Shown here one piece after another: positions 30,463 to 41,810 of a stretch of DNA of 64,000 bases. The notes beneath the pieces were generated by a model. That model worked only from the letters and a program-made list of their open reading frames with translations. It searched no databases and was not told the DNA's origin. Made by a program: the position numbers and the translations under genes. The stretch lies in sequence record PQ724394.1; one strand, given 5' to 3'. The stretch's first letter is position 1, and every line of letters starts with the position of its first letter. Source of the stretch: a phage.

Positions 30463-31116
30463 TTAAAACTTACAAGATTTGATAGTTTCAATGAACAATT
30501 TACGAGCTTCTAAATTATCGATTATAAGAATTTTCTTATAAGCATTTAATTTAGTCGAATACTTAGACCACACTAAATCGTTGGTCTGTTCATCATGTTT
30601 ATTTATTATATCCATAAATGAATCAAGCAAAATAAACGTTTCGAACGAAATAACATTCGATTGAAGGAGCTTAAAAATATAGCTCGAGTTAACTTTTTTA
30701 TTATACTCAAAAATTTCAGAAAGCGCTTGAACTTCCACTTTCTTACTGAAATAATAGATGTTTTTGATATCATCCTCAAAAACTTGTTTTATTCTTTTAA
30801 GTCTACCGATATATTCCCGGTAAAAGACTAAGGCGTCAGCATCACTGATGTCGCCAATCCATGCGTCTTGGTTAGCCACCAAGTTACTCATGAAGATAAG
30901 AGCAAGCTCTTTCAAAGTGTATTTATCACTCAATTTCTCGAAGAAATATTTGTCACGACGTTTTTGGTAAGCCGTATCAGAGATTCGCATGACCCAGTTA
31001 TATTTTATAACGTCGTATTTGGCGTTGAAGTGATGTTTGAGCATTAAGTATAGTGAATATACGCTCTTACCATTCACCATACGATTATTGTTTGGTGGCA
31101 TGCGAATCTTAATCAT
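30463..31116 (-). CDS. 59: Helicase loader gp59
   Basis: 217 aa; N-terminus MIKIRMP...KSVYSLYLM..KYDVIKYNW matches T4 gp59. Confidence 0.95.
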   Translation of the reverse strand: MIKIRMPPNNNRMVNGKSVYSLYLMLKHHFNAKYDVIKYNWVMRISDTAYQKRRDKYFFEKLSDKYTLKELALIFMSNLVANQDAWIGDISDADALVFYREYIGRLKRIKQVFEDDIKNIYYFSKKVEVQALSEIFEYNKKVNSSYIFKLLQSNVISFETFILLDSFMDIINKHDEQTNDLVWSKYSTKLNAYKKILIIDNLEARKLFIETIKSCKF

Positions 31117-31415
31117 AACAAGAAATCCAGGGTATTAGTTTTTTGCGTTCGTGCCATTGAAGGACGAAGCAAGTTATCATCAATGGCCTCGTTCATAATT
31201 TTATCAATAATTCCTGCAGGCAAATAACGAGCAAAGTTACCTTCAGGGATGCTGTTCTCTTCCAACCATGCGGTAGCCGCTTCGAGGTAACTACAACCTT
31301 CAGCCTCAACAAAGGCCTCAATATCAAGGCCATTCTGTTGTTTATTTACCAATACATGGACAGGTTCAGAAGCGGTATTAACCGCTCCATCAAAATCATT
31401 CAAAGATTGTGTCAT
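31113..31415 (-). CDS. 33: Late transcription co-activator gp33-like
   Basis: 100 aa acidic protein in gp33 position between 59 and dsbA. Confidence 0.7.
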   Translation of the reverse strand: MTQSLNDFDGAVNTASEPVHVLVNKQQNGLDIEAFVEAEGCSYLEAATAWLEENSIPEGNFARYLPAGIIDKIMNEAIDDNLLRPSMARTQKTNTLDFLL

Positions 31416-31674
31416 ACAGTTCTACCACTTCAGTTTTTTCGTCTTCGAAACGTTCACGGGTGCCTTTATGATACAGGGAGAACAGCTGGTTAAACATTTT
31501 ACCGTCTACACCAAGTTCAGTCTTAGCACGGTCTTTGATATCTTTAATTTCGTCACCATATGCTTCCATTTTTAATTTGGTATCGGAAGCAGTTTTAATC
31601 AACTGGGCCAGGGTATTACCATGTTCTTCTTGATTGAATTCAACTTTCACTTTTTCTTTAGCCATTATATTCAC
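31396..31674 (-). CDS. dsbA: dsDNA-binding protein DsbA-like
   Basis: 92 aa; position between rnh and 33. Confidence 0.65.
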   Translation of the reverse strand: MNIMAKEKVKVEFNQEEHGNTLAQLIKTASDTKLKMEAYGDEIKDIKDRAKTELGVDGKMFNQLFSLYHKGTRERFEDEKTEVVELYDTIFE

Positions 31675-31675
31675 C

Positions 31676-32623
31676 TTAATAAAAATCAGCTACTGTAGCA
31701 GTTAGTTTAGACAAACCTGATTTAACGAAATAAGGATAAACTTTAGATTTCGAAGGTTTGTTATACGTATTATATCTTTCAGTAATTAAAGCAACAATAT
31801 CATCTGGAATAAAGTCCATATCAATTAAGATTTGGTTTTCACAGAAACGTTCATATTGTTCCTCAGTAAGAAGTGTTTTAATTATATCATGGTCATAATA
31901 ATTCAGAGCAATTGCTTCAAGTTCCTTAGCACGAGTGCTAGGAGTACGTTCACCTTCAACCATTGTCAACCAATAATCACCACGAACTTTAATACTTGCA
32001 ACGTTATCCTTGCGGTCACCTTTAATAACCTTAGTCACACAATCAAGCAGAGCATCACCAGATTTTGTTTTGACGAATTTTTTCTGCATTGGAGACCATT
32101 GTTTTACGCCAGGGAATTTATGAAGTTGGGTAAAGTCACCATCAGAAGAACCAATCATAACCGGATGGCCTTTAGCTGTAAGGATACGAGTCAATACAGC
32201 AATATGGTCATCAGCCTCGATTGTATCGATATTCATAACAATATAAGGCATGTTTTGTTCAAGCTCATCCACAATAATATGCATTGCAGTGAATAAGCCT
32301 TCCCAATCAAATGGTGATTCGTCACGTGCCTTGGCACGGTTTTTCTTATAATAAGAAGAATAACGACGACGCCAATAACCTGATTTAGAGTTATCAACAC
32401 AAATGATTAGTTGGTTGTAACCTTGTTTTTTAAAGTCTTTAATGTTTTTCTTGATTGAATTCAACACGAGGTGTCGAAGCATTGCTGTGGTTACTTTAGG
32501 AAATCCAGCGTTTTCACCAAATTCTTGGAAGGCTGCCGCCATAATGATTTGGCTGAAATCCAGGAGTAAAAATCCGTCTTTTTGTTGGTCTTCTTCAGGA
32601 AGTAAAAAATCTAAATCGTTCAT
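31676..32623 (-). CDS. rnh: RNase H / 5'-3' exonuclease (FEN family)
   Basis: 315 aa; position and length as T4 rnh; acidic catalytic clusters. Confidence 0.85.
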   Translation of the reverse strand: MNDLDFLLPEEDQQKDGFLLLDFSQIIMAAAFQEFGENAGFPKVTTAMLRHLVLNSIKKNIKDFKKQGYNQLIICVDNSKSGYWRRRYSSYYKKNRAKARDESPFDWEGLFTAMHIIVDELEQNMPYIVMNIDTIEADDHIAVLTRILTAKGHPVMIGSSDGDFTQLHKFPGVKQWSPMQKKFVKTKSGDALLDCVTKVIKGDRKDNVASIKVRGDYWLTMVEGERTPSTRAKELEAIALNYYDHDIIKTLLTEEQYERFCENQILIDMDFIPDDIVALITERYNTYNKPSKSKVYPYFVKSGLSKLTATVADFY

Positions 32624-32654
32624 ATGAACCTCTGTCCAATTAGTGTAGAATGTT

Positions 32655-32683
32655 ATTATATCATGGCCCTGGAAGAAGTAAAC
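32655..32683 (-). promoter_or_regulatory. Early promoter for rnh (GTTTAC -35, 17 nt, TATAAT -10)
   Basis: Minus strand GTTTAC 32683-32678, TATAAT 32660-32655. Confidence 0.6.
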
Positions 32684-32690
32684 ACTTTGC

Positions 32691-32698
32691 TATAAATA
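32691..32698 (+). promoter_or_regulatory. Late promoter TATAAATA for gene 34
   Basis: Exact TATAAATA about 33 nt upstream of the gene 34 ATG. Confidence 0.65.
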
Positions 32699-32730
32699 GT
32701 TCTATACCCTGAAAACGAAAAGGAAATAAA

Positions 32731-35700
32731 ATGGCTGATATTTTAAAACCTGCATTCCGTGCTACATCCGGACTCGATGCTGCGGGCGAGAAAGTTATCA
32801 ATGTTGCCAAAGCCGATTACAATGTACTAGATGATGGCGTCAACGTTGAATTCTTTATAGATGAGAACACCATCCAGGCGTACGACGAGACGCGCGGATA
32901 TAAGAAAGGGTTTGCAGTAATCCATGACCAACGTATTTGGGTTGCTCAACGTGATATCGCTGCACCAGCCGGAACTTTTGTACCTGGTTATTGGACCGCT
33001 ACCCGTACTGACCCTAAATGGATTACAGTAGCATCTCCTACGCGCCAGTTGGCTTCCGGTGAATATATTGCGGTGGACTCAGCTGCTAGCTTTACTACAT
33101 TTACTCTGCCTCCTAACCCTACTGATGGTGATACCATTGTAATCAAGGATATCGGCGGCCGTGTAGGTTATAATGAAATCAAGGTTCAATCTAGTTCTGC
33201 TCCAGGCGGTGGTAATCAGAAAATTGTTCGTTTTGGTAACCAGTTCTCTGAAACTCTGATAACCAAACCTTTTTCTTATAACATGCTTATCTTTGCTAAC
33301 CGCCTTTGGCATTTCTGGGAAGCCGGTAACGAAGAACGTGGTATTCGTGTAGAGCCTAACACTGCACAGTTCCAAGCTCAAGCGGGTGATAACGTTTTAC
33401 GTCGTTATACTTCAGGTGCAGTAATTAAATTTACTCTTCCTAAGTATGCGAACCAAGGTGACATGGTTAAAACCGTAGATATCGATGGTCTTGGAAGTAA
33501 GTTCCACTTAATCGTTGAAACCTTTGATGCATCATCTTCATTGGGTAAGCCTGGTCAGCATAGCATGGAATTCCGTACCTCTGGTGATGGGTTCTTTGTT
33601 TATAACTCTGTTGAAAAAGTGTGGTATGTTTGGGACGGCGACCGTCAAACTCGTCTGCGTGTTATTCGTGATGACGTAGAACTTTTGGCTAACGAAAGTA
33701 TTATTGTTTTTGGTCCTAATAACACAACTCCACAAACTATTAATATCACTTTACCTACTAACGTAGCACAAGGCGATACTATTAAAATCGCATTGAACTA
33801 TCTTCGTAAAGCACAGACAGTAAATATTAAGGCTGCTGTAGGTGATAAAATTGCTTCTTCGGTTCAATTGCTTCAGTTCCCTAAACGTTCCGAATATCCA
33901 CCAGATACTGAATGGGTGTTGAATGATGTATTGACCTTTAATGGCAATATAAGTTATACCCCGGTTATTGAACTGAGTTATATCGAAGACACCACTACAG
34001 GTGCTAAATATTGGGTTGTTGCCCAGAACGTTCCTACGGTAGAACGTGTGGATTCTAAGGATGATTTAACTCGTGCTCGTCTTGGTGTTATTGCCCTTGC
34101 GTCTCAGACCCAGGCTAACGTTGACCATGAAAATAATCCTGAAAAAGAACTTGCAATTACTCCTCAGACCTTAGCCAATCGTGTTGCCACTGAAACTCGT
34201 CGTGGTATTGCTCGTATTGCTACAACTGCTCAGGTAAACCAAGACACCACTTTCGCTTTCCAGGATGATTTGATTATTTCTCCTAAGAAATTAAACGAAC
34301 GTACTGCAACCGAAACTCGTCGTGGTGTAGCTGAAATTGCTACGCAACAGGAAACTGATGCTGGTGTTGACGATACCACCATTATTACTCCTAAGAAGCT
34401 ACAGACGCGCCAGGGCACTGAAAGTCTTTCAGGTATTGTAAAATATACCTCTACGGTAGATACCACTCCTGCGACTGCTAGGGACACTGTAGGTACTAAC
34501 GTTTATAATAAGAACGTAGGCAATTTGGTTATTTCTCCTAAAGCTTTAGACCAATATAAAGCTACTCAAGCCCAACAAGGTACGGTATATCTTTCTACCC
34601 AATCAGAAGTTAATACTGGACAATCTGCTAGTGGATTTGCTAACAGTGCGGTTTCTCCTGAAACGTTGCATGCTCGTGTGGCTCTTGATACTCGTACAGG
34701 GTTAATTGAAATTGCTACGCAACAGGAAACTGATACTGGAACTGATTATACTCGTGCGGTAACGCCTAAGACGTTAAATGATAGGAAAGCTACGGAAGGA
34801 TTGACTGGTATTGCTAGAATTGCAACCCAGGTAGAATTTGATGCAGGCACGTTAGATAATGTTATTTCAACTCCGTTGAAAATTAAAACAAGACTTAATG
34901 ATACTGCTAGAACTTCTGTCTCAGCAGCCAGCGGTTTGATTGAATCAGGAACCTTATGGAACCATTATACACTAGATATTAGAGAAGCAAATGAGACTCA
35001 ACGTGGTACCGCTCGTCTGGCTACCCAGACCGAAGTCAATGTTGGCACTGATGACAAAACCATCATCACTCCTTTGAAATTACACTCTAAAAAATCTACT
35101 GAAAGTTCTGAAGGTATTATTCGTGTTGCAACGAATACCGAAACCACTGCAGGAACTTCTAAAGTTCTGGCTGTAAGCCCTTCTGGTTTAAAATATGTAG
35201 TACAGTCCGAAACCACTTGGGAAGCTACTGCACTTCGTCGTGGATTTGTTAAATTGACCGAAGGTGCTTTGACTTACTCAGGAAATAAAGTTACCGGTTC
35301 CGGTGTTAAATTTAACTCAGGTACAGGCCTTTATGAGAATGACGATACTGTTCTGAATGCGGCCAACTATCCTAAAACAGGTTATGCGGTTTCATCTTAT
35401 GAGATGAATAAAACTTTGCAGAACTTTTTACCTATAAATGCTACGGCTGTGAACTCTGAGAAATTGGATGGTCTGGATTCACTTCAGTTCATTCGTAGAG
35501 ACGTCGACCAAACGGTTAATGGTTCTTTAACCCTGACCAAACAATTGAACCTGGCAGCCCCTCTGGTGTCTTCTAGTACTGCTACATTTACGGATGTTAC
35601 AGCTACTAATTCTACCTTTGGTACAGTGAATGTTGTTAACGGAACCAATAAATGGAAAATAACATCTCCATCTACTGGAACTACATTAACGATTGGCGAT

Positions 35701-36699
35701 ACTACTAACGTATTGACATTAAACACTGCTACGGGTAATGTTGCTGCACTTAACAACCTTAGCGCTGGTAATGATGTTCAAGCCAAAAATAACTTTGTGT
35801 TAAATGGAAGAACTATCGCAACCACCACCGGTGAAGCTTCTGGTGCTACATTGTCTTTAGGCGATAATTCTCAGAACTTGGTACTTAAAACATTAGATGC
35901 AGGAAATATCGTAGCTAATGGTGGCGGTGCATTTAAAGTTCTTACCGAGAAAAACGCAGTAGAAATTGTAGACAGAAACTTTGTTAACCAAGCCGGTGAT
36001 ACAATGTCCGGTGTACTCCGTGTGAATGCTCCGGTTCGTGTATTTGGTACTAAGCCTACATTAGCTTCTCAGGTTCCTACGGCAGAGACAGTTGGCTTCT
36101 GGTCTGTTGATATCAATGACGAGGCCACTTATAGTAAGTTCCCTGGTTATTGGACTATGAAGACCAAACGACAAGTTAATATTGACACGGTCCAAACTAA
36201 ACCTGCTGGTGTTTCTGATGAGGTATGGAATGCTTCCGGTTGGTTAACAGAAACCGGTGCATTTAGTTCTCCGGCTATTCGTTATCGTAACGAAGACGGT
36301 AGTTTTGGTGATGAAGTTCTTGGTACGTCTGGTCAGAAATTACGTGGTGCTTGGTTTGATTATTCTGTTCGTGATAAGGAAGTTAAATATCCTGGTACAT
36401 TAACTCAGTTTGGCAATACGTTAGATTCATGTTATCAGGATTGGGTGTGCTATCCTACAGGACTGAATGGTGGTACTATTCGTTATACACGTACCTGGCA
36501 GAAGAATAAAAACGCATGGACCACGTTCTCTATGGTCTATACAGCAGATAACCCTCCTTCTGCGGAAGATGTTGGTGCACTGCCGGCAGATAACGCCACA
36601 ATGGGTAACATTACAATCCTCGATTGGTTGCGTATTGGTAACGTTCGCATTATTCCTGACCCAGTCACTAAATCCGTTAAGTTTGAGTGGATTGAATAA
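32731..36699 (+). CDS. 34: Long tail fibre proximal subunit gp34
   Basis: 1322 aa; internal repeats; first gene of 34-35-36-37 operon. Confidence 0.9.
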   Translation: MADILKPAFRATSGLDAAGEKVINVAKADYNVLDDGVNVEFFIDENTIQAYDETRGYKKGFAVIHDQRIWVAQRDIAAPAGTFVPGYWTATRTDPKWITVASPTRQLASGEYIAVDSAASFTTFTLPPNPTDGDTIVIKDIGGRVGYNEIKVQSSSAPGGGNQKIVRFGNQFSETLITKPFSYNMLIFANRLWHFWEAGNEERGIRVEPNTAQFQAQAGDNVLRRYTSGAVIKFTLPKYANQGDMVKTVDIDGLGSKFHLIVETFDASSSLGKPGQHSMEFRTSGDGFFVYNSVEKVWYVWDGDRQTRLRVIRDDVELLANESIIVFGPNNTTPQTINITLPTNVAQGDTIKIALNYLRKAQTVNIKAAVGDKIASSVQLLQFPKRSEYPPDTEWVLNDVLTFNGNISYTPVIELSYIEDTTTGAKYWVVAQNVPTVERVDSKDDLTRARLGVIALASQTQANVDHENNPEKELAITPQTLANRVATETRRGIARIATTAQVNQDTTFAFQDDLIISPKKLNERTATETRRGVAEIATQQETDAGVDDTTIITPKKLQTRQGTESLSGIVKYTSTVDTTPATARDTVGTNVYNKNVGNLVISPKALDQYKATQAQQGTVYLSTQSEVNTGQSASGFANSAVSPETLHARVALDTRTGLIEIATQQETDTGTDYTRAVTPKTLNDRKATEGLTGIARIATQVEFDAGTLDNVISTPLKIKTRLNDTARTSVSAASGLIESGTLWNHYTLDIREANETQRGTARLATQTEVNVGTDDKTIITPLKLHSKKSTESSEGIIRVATNTETTAGTSKVLAVSPSGLKYVVQSETTWEATALRRGFVKLTEGALTYSGNKVTGSGVKFNSGTGLYENDDTVLNAANYPKTGYAVSSYEMNKTLQNFLPINATAVNSEKLDGLDSLQFIRRDVDQTVNGSLTLTKQLNLAAPLVSSSTATFTDVTATNSTFGTVNVVNGTNKWKITSPSTGTTLTIGDTTNVLTLNTATGNVAALNNLSAGNDVQAKNNFVLNGRTIATTTGEASGATLSLGDNSQNLVLKTLDAGNIVANGGGAFKVLTEKNAVEIVDRNFVNQAGDTMSGVLRVNAPVRVFGTKPTLASQVPTAETVGFWSVDINDEATYSKFPGYWTMKTKRQVNIDTVQTKPAGVSDEVWNASGWLTETGAFSSPAIRYRNEDGSFGDEVLGTSGQKLRGAWFDYSVRDKEVKYPGTLTQFGNTLDSCYQDWVCYPTGLNGGTIRYTRTWQKNKNAWTTFSMVYTADNPPSAEDVGALPADNATMGNITILDWLRIGNVRIIPDPVTKSVKFEWIE

Positions 36700-36707
36700 G
36701 AGGTATT

Positions 36708-37829
36708 ATGGAAAGATTTATGGCAGAATTTGGACAAGGATATGTCCAGGTTCCTACATTATCTGAAAACAATGCTGTAAGATATAAACTTAGTATAGCT
36801 GGTAGTTGTACTAAGTCTACCACAAAAGCATATGTTAAATTTCAAGATGGGGACTTCGGTCCCCAGAATTTTCAAAATGGACTAAACCTTATAGAAATTG
36901 ATGTTAGTGCCGAACCTAAAGTGGTGGCTAACAAAACTTATAGCTTTACAAAAGATTTTGATGTTATCTCTGAAGCTTTTATTACTTACATAAGTTCAAT
37001 ACCGGCCAATAGAATAGTTTGTTTAGTATCTTCCGGTAGATTAAATGCTTCACAAAATCTTATTGATTGGTTCCGTGCAGCAGGAAGTACCGCATTTCCA
37101 TCTAAATGGCTAATAGACCGCTTCGAGCCGTCTTATTCGGCCTTTTACGTGTCTGGTAGAAATACTATAGTGATGGAACACGTCCTTTATAATGATGGGG
37201 TGTTTGTTGAAGATGTTTCTACACCATTAGAAGTCGTTTTTGACGATATCAGTGATGTAGGCGGGACCGGGTATCCTATAAGAATAGTGGAAGATGAAAA
37301 CACTTATCTAAGTAATGGTGGAGAGGAAATAAAACGTTTCCCTACTGAATCTCCTACTACTCCTTGTGCCGATTATAACATGAAGCCAGGAGAATTCTTT
37401 TATCTTAAATTCCAAATGATGTGTGACCAGGAATTAAAAGATTTAGGGACTTCTCAAATGTCTGTTAGATTTTTTGATGCCTCAGGTGCTTTAACAGGGT
37501 CGGTTAATATGGAAGTTCCGCCTAATGTCCCTGCCGGGTCTTGGATGACTTTTGAGCGGGTAATTGAAGTTCCTGCTAATACGGAAACATTTACATTGTA
37601 TGCAAGAAAAACAGTGGCCGATGGAGTCGGTGGTGTACGTAATGTGATGTTTGGGGAAGTATCAGAGCCAGAATCTCAACCTAAATCGGCTGAATTTGGT
37701 GTAAACGGTATCCGTATGAATTTCGGTACTGAAACTAAGAATATGGGTACTACCATAGCCCAGTTATACGATAAAACAGGTACTAAACCAGGTCAGGTTT
37801 GGGTGTCTGAATTTAGAGAAAAATATTAA
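36708..37829 (+). CDS. 35: Long tail fibre hinge connector gp35
   Basis: 373 aa; synteny. Confidence 0.85.
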   Translation: MERFMAEFGQGYVQVPTLSENNAVRYKLSIAGSCTKSTTKAYVKFQDGDFGPQNFQNGLNLIEIDVSAEPKVVANKTYSFTKDFDVISEAFITYISSIPANRIVCLVSSGRLNASQNLIDWFRAAGSTAFPSKWLIDRFEPSYSAFYVSGRNTIVMEHVLYNDGVFVEDVSTPLEVVFDDISDVGGTGYPIRIVEDENTYLSNGGEEIKRFPTESPTTPCADYNMKPGEFFYLKFQMMCDQELKDLGTSQMSVRFFDASGALTGSVNMEVPPNVPAGSWMTFERVIEVPANTETFTLYARKTVADGVGGVRNVMFGEVSEPESQPKSAEFGVNGIRMNFGTETKNMGTTIAQLYDKTGTKPGQVWVSEFREKY

Positions 37830-37847
37830 GGAACCTTCGGGTTCCTT
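37828..37847 (+). terminator. Rho-independent terminator after gene 35 (UUCG hairpin + U-run)
   Basis: AAGGAACC-ttcg-GGTTCCTT followed by TTTCGTTTT. Confidence 0.65.
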
Positions 37848-37904
37848 TTTCGTTTTCTACGGCCATAAATATATAAAAGGCTATAACTCCCAAAGGAAAC
37901 TCAA

Positions 37905-38552
37905 ATGGCAGATTTAAAATTAGGTTCTACAGCAGGAGGTTCGGTATTATGGCACCAAGGTAATTTTCCTTTAACGCCTGTATCAAATGACCTTCTTTAC
38001 AAAACGTATAAAGTTTACACCGAGTATAATAAACCTCAAGCAGTTGATAACGATTTCGTTTCAAAAGCTAACGGTGGTAATTATCAGAACAACGTGTATT
38101 TTGAAAAAGGTTTGACCTTTAATGATACTAATGGATACGGTATTAAATTAGGAGCAAGAACTGGCGGAGCCCCGTTCACAGCTTCTTTCCGTATTAAAGG
38201 TGCTTTTGGGTATGAAACGGAAGATGGTACTCCGTTTGTGATATTTGACCCAAATACAACAGTTGGTGCTAAACGTCTTACCGTAATGGGTGATTCATTA
38301 TTCCGTCAAGTATATGATGAATCAGGACGCGTATTCAGCCCAGGCAACACCCCTACTAAAGCTCAAGTTGGATTGCCATTAGTAGATAACGCAAAACAGG
38401 TCCAAATAAATAATACTAATATGCAAACAATGACTGGGGTACTTGCGGCTCCTAACTTCATTTCATTAAATCCGGCCTCTGACGCAGGACATGTTCCGCG
38501 TTTTGACCAGATTGTTCAAAAAGATTCTATCCAAGATTTTGGTTATTATTAA
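37905..38552 (+). CDS. 36: Long tail fibre distal connector gp36
   Basis: 215 aa; synteny. Confidence 0.85.
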   Translation: MADLKLGSTAGGSVLWHQGNFPLTPVSNDLLYKTYKVYTEYNKPQAVDNDFVSKANGGNYQNNVYFEKGLTFNDTNGYGIKLGARTGGAPFTASFRIKGAFGYETEDGTPFVIFDPNTTVGAKRLTVMGDSLFRQVYDESGRVFSPGNTPTKAQVGLPLVDNAKQVQINNTNMQTMTGVLAAPNFISLNPASDAGHVPRFDQIVQKDSIQDFGYY

Positions 38553-38560
38553 GAGGCATT

Positions 38561-41500
38561 ATGGCTACTTTAAAACAGATACAATTTAAAAGAAGTAAAG
38601 TAGCTGGTGTACGTCCTACGCCAGCGCAGTTGGCTGAAGGCGAGCTGGCTATTAACTTAAAAGACCGTTTGTTATTTACTAAAGATGATACTGGAGCGAT
38701 TATCGACCTTGGCTTTGCTAAAGGTGGTAATATTGACGGTAACGTTGTTCATAAAGGAAATTATAATCAAACTGGGGATTACACCCTAAATGGTACCTTT
38801 ACCCAAACCGGCGATTTTAATTTAACCGGTATTGCTCGTGTAACTCGTGATATTATTGCCGCAGGTCAGATAATGACCCATGGTGGGGAACTTATTTCCA
38901 AGAGCGCCTCAACTTCTCACCTTCGATTCTTTGATGGCAGTGACCGTGAACGTGGTATTATCTTTTCTCCTAATAATGCAGGAGCAACCAACCAAGTAGT
39001 TAATATTCGCGTACAAGATTATTCTACCGCAGGCGAAAGCACTTATGCATTTTCAGGCAATGGTTTGTTCACTTCACCTGAAGTATCAGCATGGAAATCT
39101 ATTTCGTCTCCACAAATTCTGACCGATAAAGTTATTACAAACGGGAAGAAGACCGGCGATTATGATATCTATTCATTGGCCGATAATACCCCATTGGCAG
39201 AAAGTGAAACAGCTATTAACCATCTCCGTGTTATGCGAAATGCTGTAGGCGCGGGTATATTTCACGAAGTTAAAGATAATGACGGAATAACCTGGTATGC
39301 CGGCGACGGCTTAGAAGCTTATCTTTGGTCATTTACCTGGTCCGGTGGATTGAAAGCAGGCCATTCTATTTCCGTAGGCACCCCAGGTAACTCTAAAGGA
39401 TATTCTGAATTAGGAAATGCTTCAATTGCTCTTGGCGATAATGACACCGGGCTAAAATGGCATCAGGATGGATATTATTTCAGCGTTAATAACGGCACAA
39501 GAACTTTCCTGTACGGCCCAGCAGAAACCACCAGTCTTAGAAAAATGGTTATGGGGTATTCTGTAAACGGTACCGATTTAACCACTCCTCCGGCGGAAAA
39601 CTATGCTTTGGCTACTGTTGTCACTTATCATGATAATAACGCATATGGCGATGGCCAAACTCTTTTAGGTTATTACCAAGGCGGCAATTATCACCACTAT
39701 TTCCGTGGTAAAGGTACTACAAACGTTAACACTGCTGGCGGTTTGTTAGTGACTCCTGGTAATATTGATGTTGTTGGTGGTTCTGTTAATATCGATGGTA
39801 GAAATAATGCTTCTACGCTGATGTTTAGAGGTAACACAACTGGTAGTAGTTCAGTTGATAATATGACAATTTCTGTATGGGGTAATACGTTTACTAATCC
39901 TAGTGTAGGTAATCGTAAAAACGTTATGGAAATTTCTGACGCAACTAGTTGGATGAGTTATATTCAAAGACTTACTACTGGTGAAGTAGAAATGAACGTC
40001 AATGGTTCATTTGAATCATCCGGTGTTACTGCTGGAAATAGAGGAGTTCACACAACAGGCGAAATTTCGTCTGGAGCAGTAAATGCGCTTCGCATTTGGA
40101 ATGCAGATTATGGAGCCATTTTTAGACGTTCAGAAGGCAGTCTTCATATTATTCCAACTGCTTACGGTGAAGGTAAAAATGGTGATATCGGACCACTTCG
40201 TCCATTTAGTTTGGCTTTAGATACCGGTAAGGTTGTTATTCCTGACCTAGATTTGAGTTATGCTTCTTTTGCAGCAAACGGTTATATTAAATTCGGTGGA
40301 CATGGTGCAGGTGCAGGCGGTTACGATATTCAATATGCACAAGCAGCTCCTGTTTTCCAAGAAATTGATGATGACGCGGTAAGTAAATATTATCCTATTG
40401 TTAAGCAGAAATTCTTACAAGGAAAAGCTGTTTGGTCTTTAGGTACTGAAATTAATTCCGGGACTTTTGTTTTACACCATCTTAAAGAAGACGGGACTGA
40501 AGGTCATACCTCAAGATTTAATGCTGATGGTACAGTTAACTTCCCTGATAACGTGCAGGTTGGTGGCGGTGAAGCTACTATTGCTCGAAACGGTAATATC
40601 TGGTCTGATATTTGGAAAACGTTTACTTCAGCAGGCGATGTAACTAATATTCGCGATGCCATTGCTACTCGTGTTTCTAAAGAAGGCGACACGATGACCG
40701 GCCGTTTAACCATCAATGCAAACTCGGATGCTATTGTTATTAACAGTGCTGAAACCCAATCTGGTTATGTGAAAGGACAAAAAGCTGGTGTTGATAACTG
40801 GTATATAGGCAATGGCGGCGCTGATAATGCCCTATCGTTTTATAGTTTCCAAACTAATTCAGGCGTTAATATTCATAATACCGGGGAAATTTCTTTAGCC
40901 CCCCAAGGGTCGGATACTTTTTATTTTAATAGGGACCGTCTTTATATAAAGGGTTCACAATGGGCTGCACATCAGGCTGGCGATTGGGGAAACCAATGGA
41001 AGCAAGAAGCCCCTGTGTTTGTAGATTTTGGTAATGTTGGTAATGATAGTTATTATCCGATTATCAAAGGAAAATCTGGTATTACTAACGAAGGATACGT
41101 ATCCGGTGTAGATTTTGGTATGCGCCGCATCACTAATACATGGGCGCAAGGTATTATTCGTGTAGGTAACCAGGAAAACGGTTCCGACCCGCAAGCTATC
41201 TATGAATTCCACTCTAATGGTACTTTTTATGCTCCGAGCTTACTTAAGAGCAACAGAGTATCGGCCGGCGGTGGAGACCCTGTATGGGGTGGGCCGTGTA
41301 TTGTTATCGGCGATAACGACACCGGATTGGTGTGGGAAGCGGACGGTATTTTCAACGCATATGCAAACGGTCAAGGGGTGTTTAGTTTTAGAGCCGGACT
41401 TGCCCAGACATTTGGTAACGTTAACTTACACTGTAATGCGGGTATGTATGTTCGTGATAACATCGATGTTAACGACGTTTATATTCGTTCTGATATTCGT

Positions 41501-41806
41501 TGTAAGTCGGAAATTAAGCTTATAGAGAATGCCCAAGAGAAATCTAAACTCTTAGGTGGTTATACTTATCTGCTTAAAAACTCTGTCACAGATGAAGTTA
41601 AACCATCTGCAGGTTTAATTGCTCAGGAAGTTCAAGAAGTATTGCCTGAACTTGTGACTGAAGATAAAGAGACCGGCTTACTTCGTTTAAACTATAACGG
41701 TATTATCGGTTTAAATACTGCTACTATCAACGAGCATACTGATGAAATCAAGGAATTGAAATCTGAAATTGCTGAGTTGAAAGCATTAATTAAATCATTA
41801 TTATAA
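38561..41806 (+). CDS. 37: Long tail fibre distal subunit gp37
   Basis: 1081 aa; synteny; C-terminal region resembles an intramolecular chaperone domain. Confidence 0.9.
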   Translation: MATLKQIQFKRSKVAGVRPTPAQLAEGELAINLKDRLLFTKDDTGAIIDLGFAKGGNIDGNVVHKGNYNQTGDYTLNGTFTQTGDFNLTGIARVTRDIIAAGQIMTHGGELISKSASTSHLRFFDGSDRERGIIFSPNNAGATNQVVNIRVQDYSTAGESTYAFSGNGLFTSPEVSAWKSISSPQILTDKVITNGKKTGDYDIYSLADNTPLAESETAINHLRVMRNAVGAGIFHEVKDNDGITWYAGDGLEAYLWSFTWSGGLKAGHSISVGTPGNSKGYSELGNASIALGDNDTGLKWHQDGYYFSVNNGTRTFLYGPAETTSLRKMVMGYSVNGTDLTTPPAENYALATVVTYHDNNAYGDGQTLLGYYQGGNYHHYFRGKGTTNVNTAGGLLVTPGNIDVVGGSVNIDGRNNASTLMFRGNTTGSSSVDNMTISVWGNTFTNPSVGNRKNVMEISDATSWMSYIQRLTTGEVEMNVNGSFESSGVTAGNRGVHTTGEISSGAVNALRIWNADYGAIFRRSEGSLHIIPTAYGEGKNGDIGPLRPFSLALDTGKVVIPDLDLSYASFAANGYIKFGGHGAGAGGYDIQYAQAAPVFQEIDDDAVSKYYPIVKQKFLQGKAVWSLGTEINSGTFVLHHLKEDGTEGHTSRFNADGTVNFPDNVQVGGGEATIARNGNIWSDIWKTFTSAGDVTNIRDAIATRVSKEGDTMTGRLTINANSDAIVINSAETQSGYVKGQKAGVDNWYIGNGGADNALSFYSFQTNSGVNIHNTGEISLAPQGSDTFYFNRDRLYIKGSQWAAHQAGDWGNQWKQEAPVFVDFGNVGNDSYYPIIKGKSGITNEGYVSGVDFGMRRITNTWAQGIIRVGNQENGSDPQAIYEFHSNGTFYAPSLLKSNRVSAGGGDPVWGGPCIVIGDNDTGLVWEADGIFNAYANGQGVFSFRAGLAQTFGNVNLHCNAGMYVRDNIDVNDVYIRSDIRCKSEIKLIENAQEKSKLLGGYTYLLKNSVTDEVKPSAGLIAQEVQEVLPELVTEDKETGLLRLNYNGIIGLNTATINEHTDEIKELKSEIAELKALIKSLL
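41489..41803 (+). other. C-terminal intramolecular-chaperone-like domain of gp37 (S74-peptidase-like signature)
   Basis: [14 protein letters not shown] ... GGYTYLL ... [16 protein letters not shown] ... coiled-coil tail; resembles the self-cleaving C-terminal chaperone of phage fibre/endosialidase proteins. Confidence 0.5.
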
Positions 41807-41810
41807 GAAA

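Noticed and set aside
37861-37880. Late promoter for gene 36 (CATAAATATATAAAAG).
   Set aside because: Not an exact TATAAATA; gene 36 is probably co-transcribed from the gene 34 late promoter with read-through of the 37828 hairpin.
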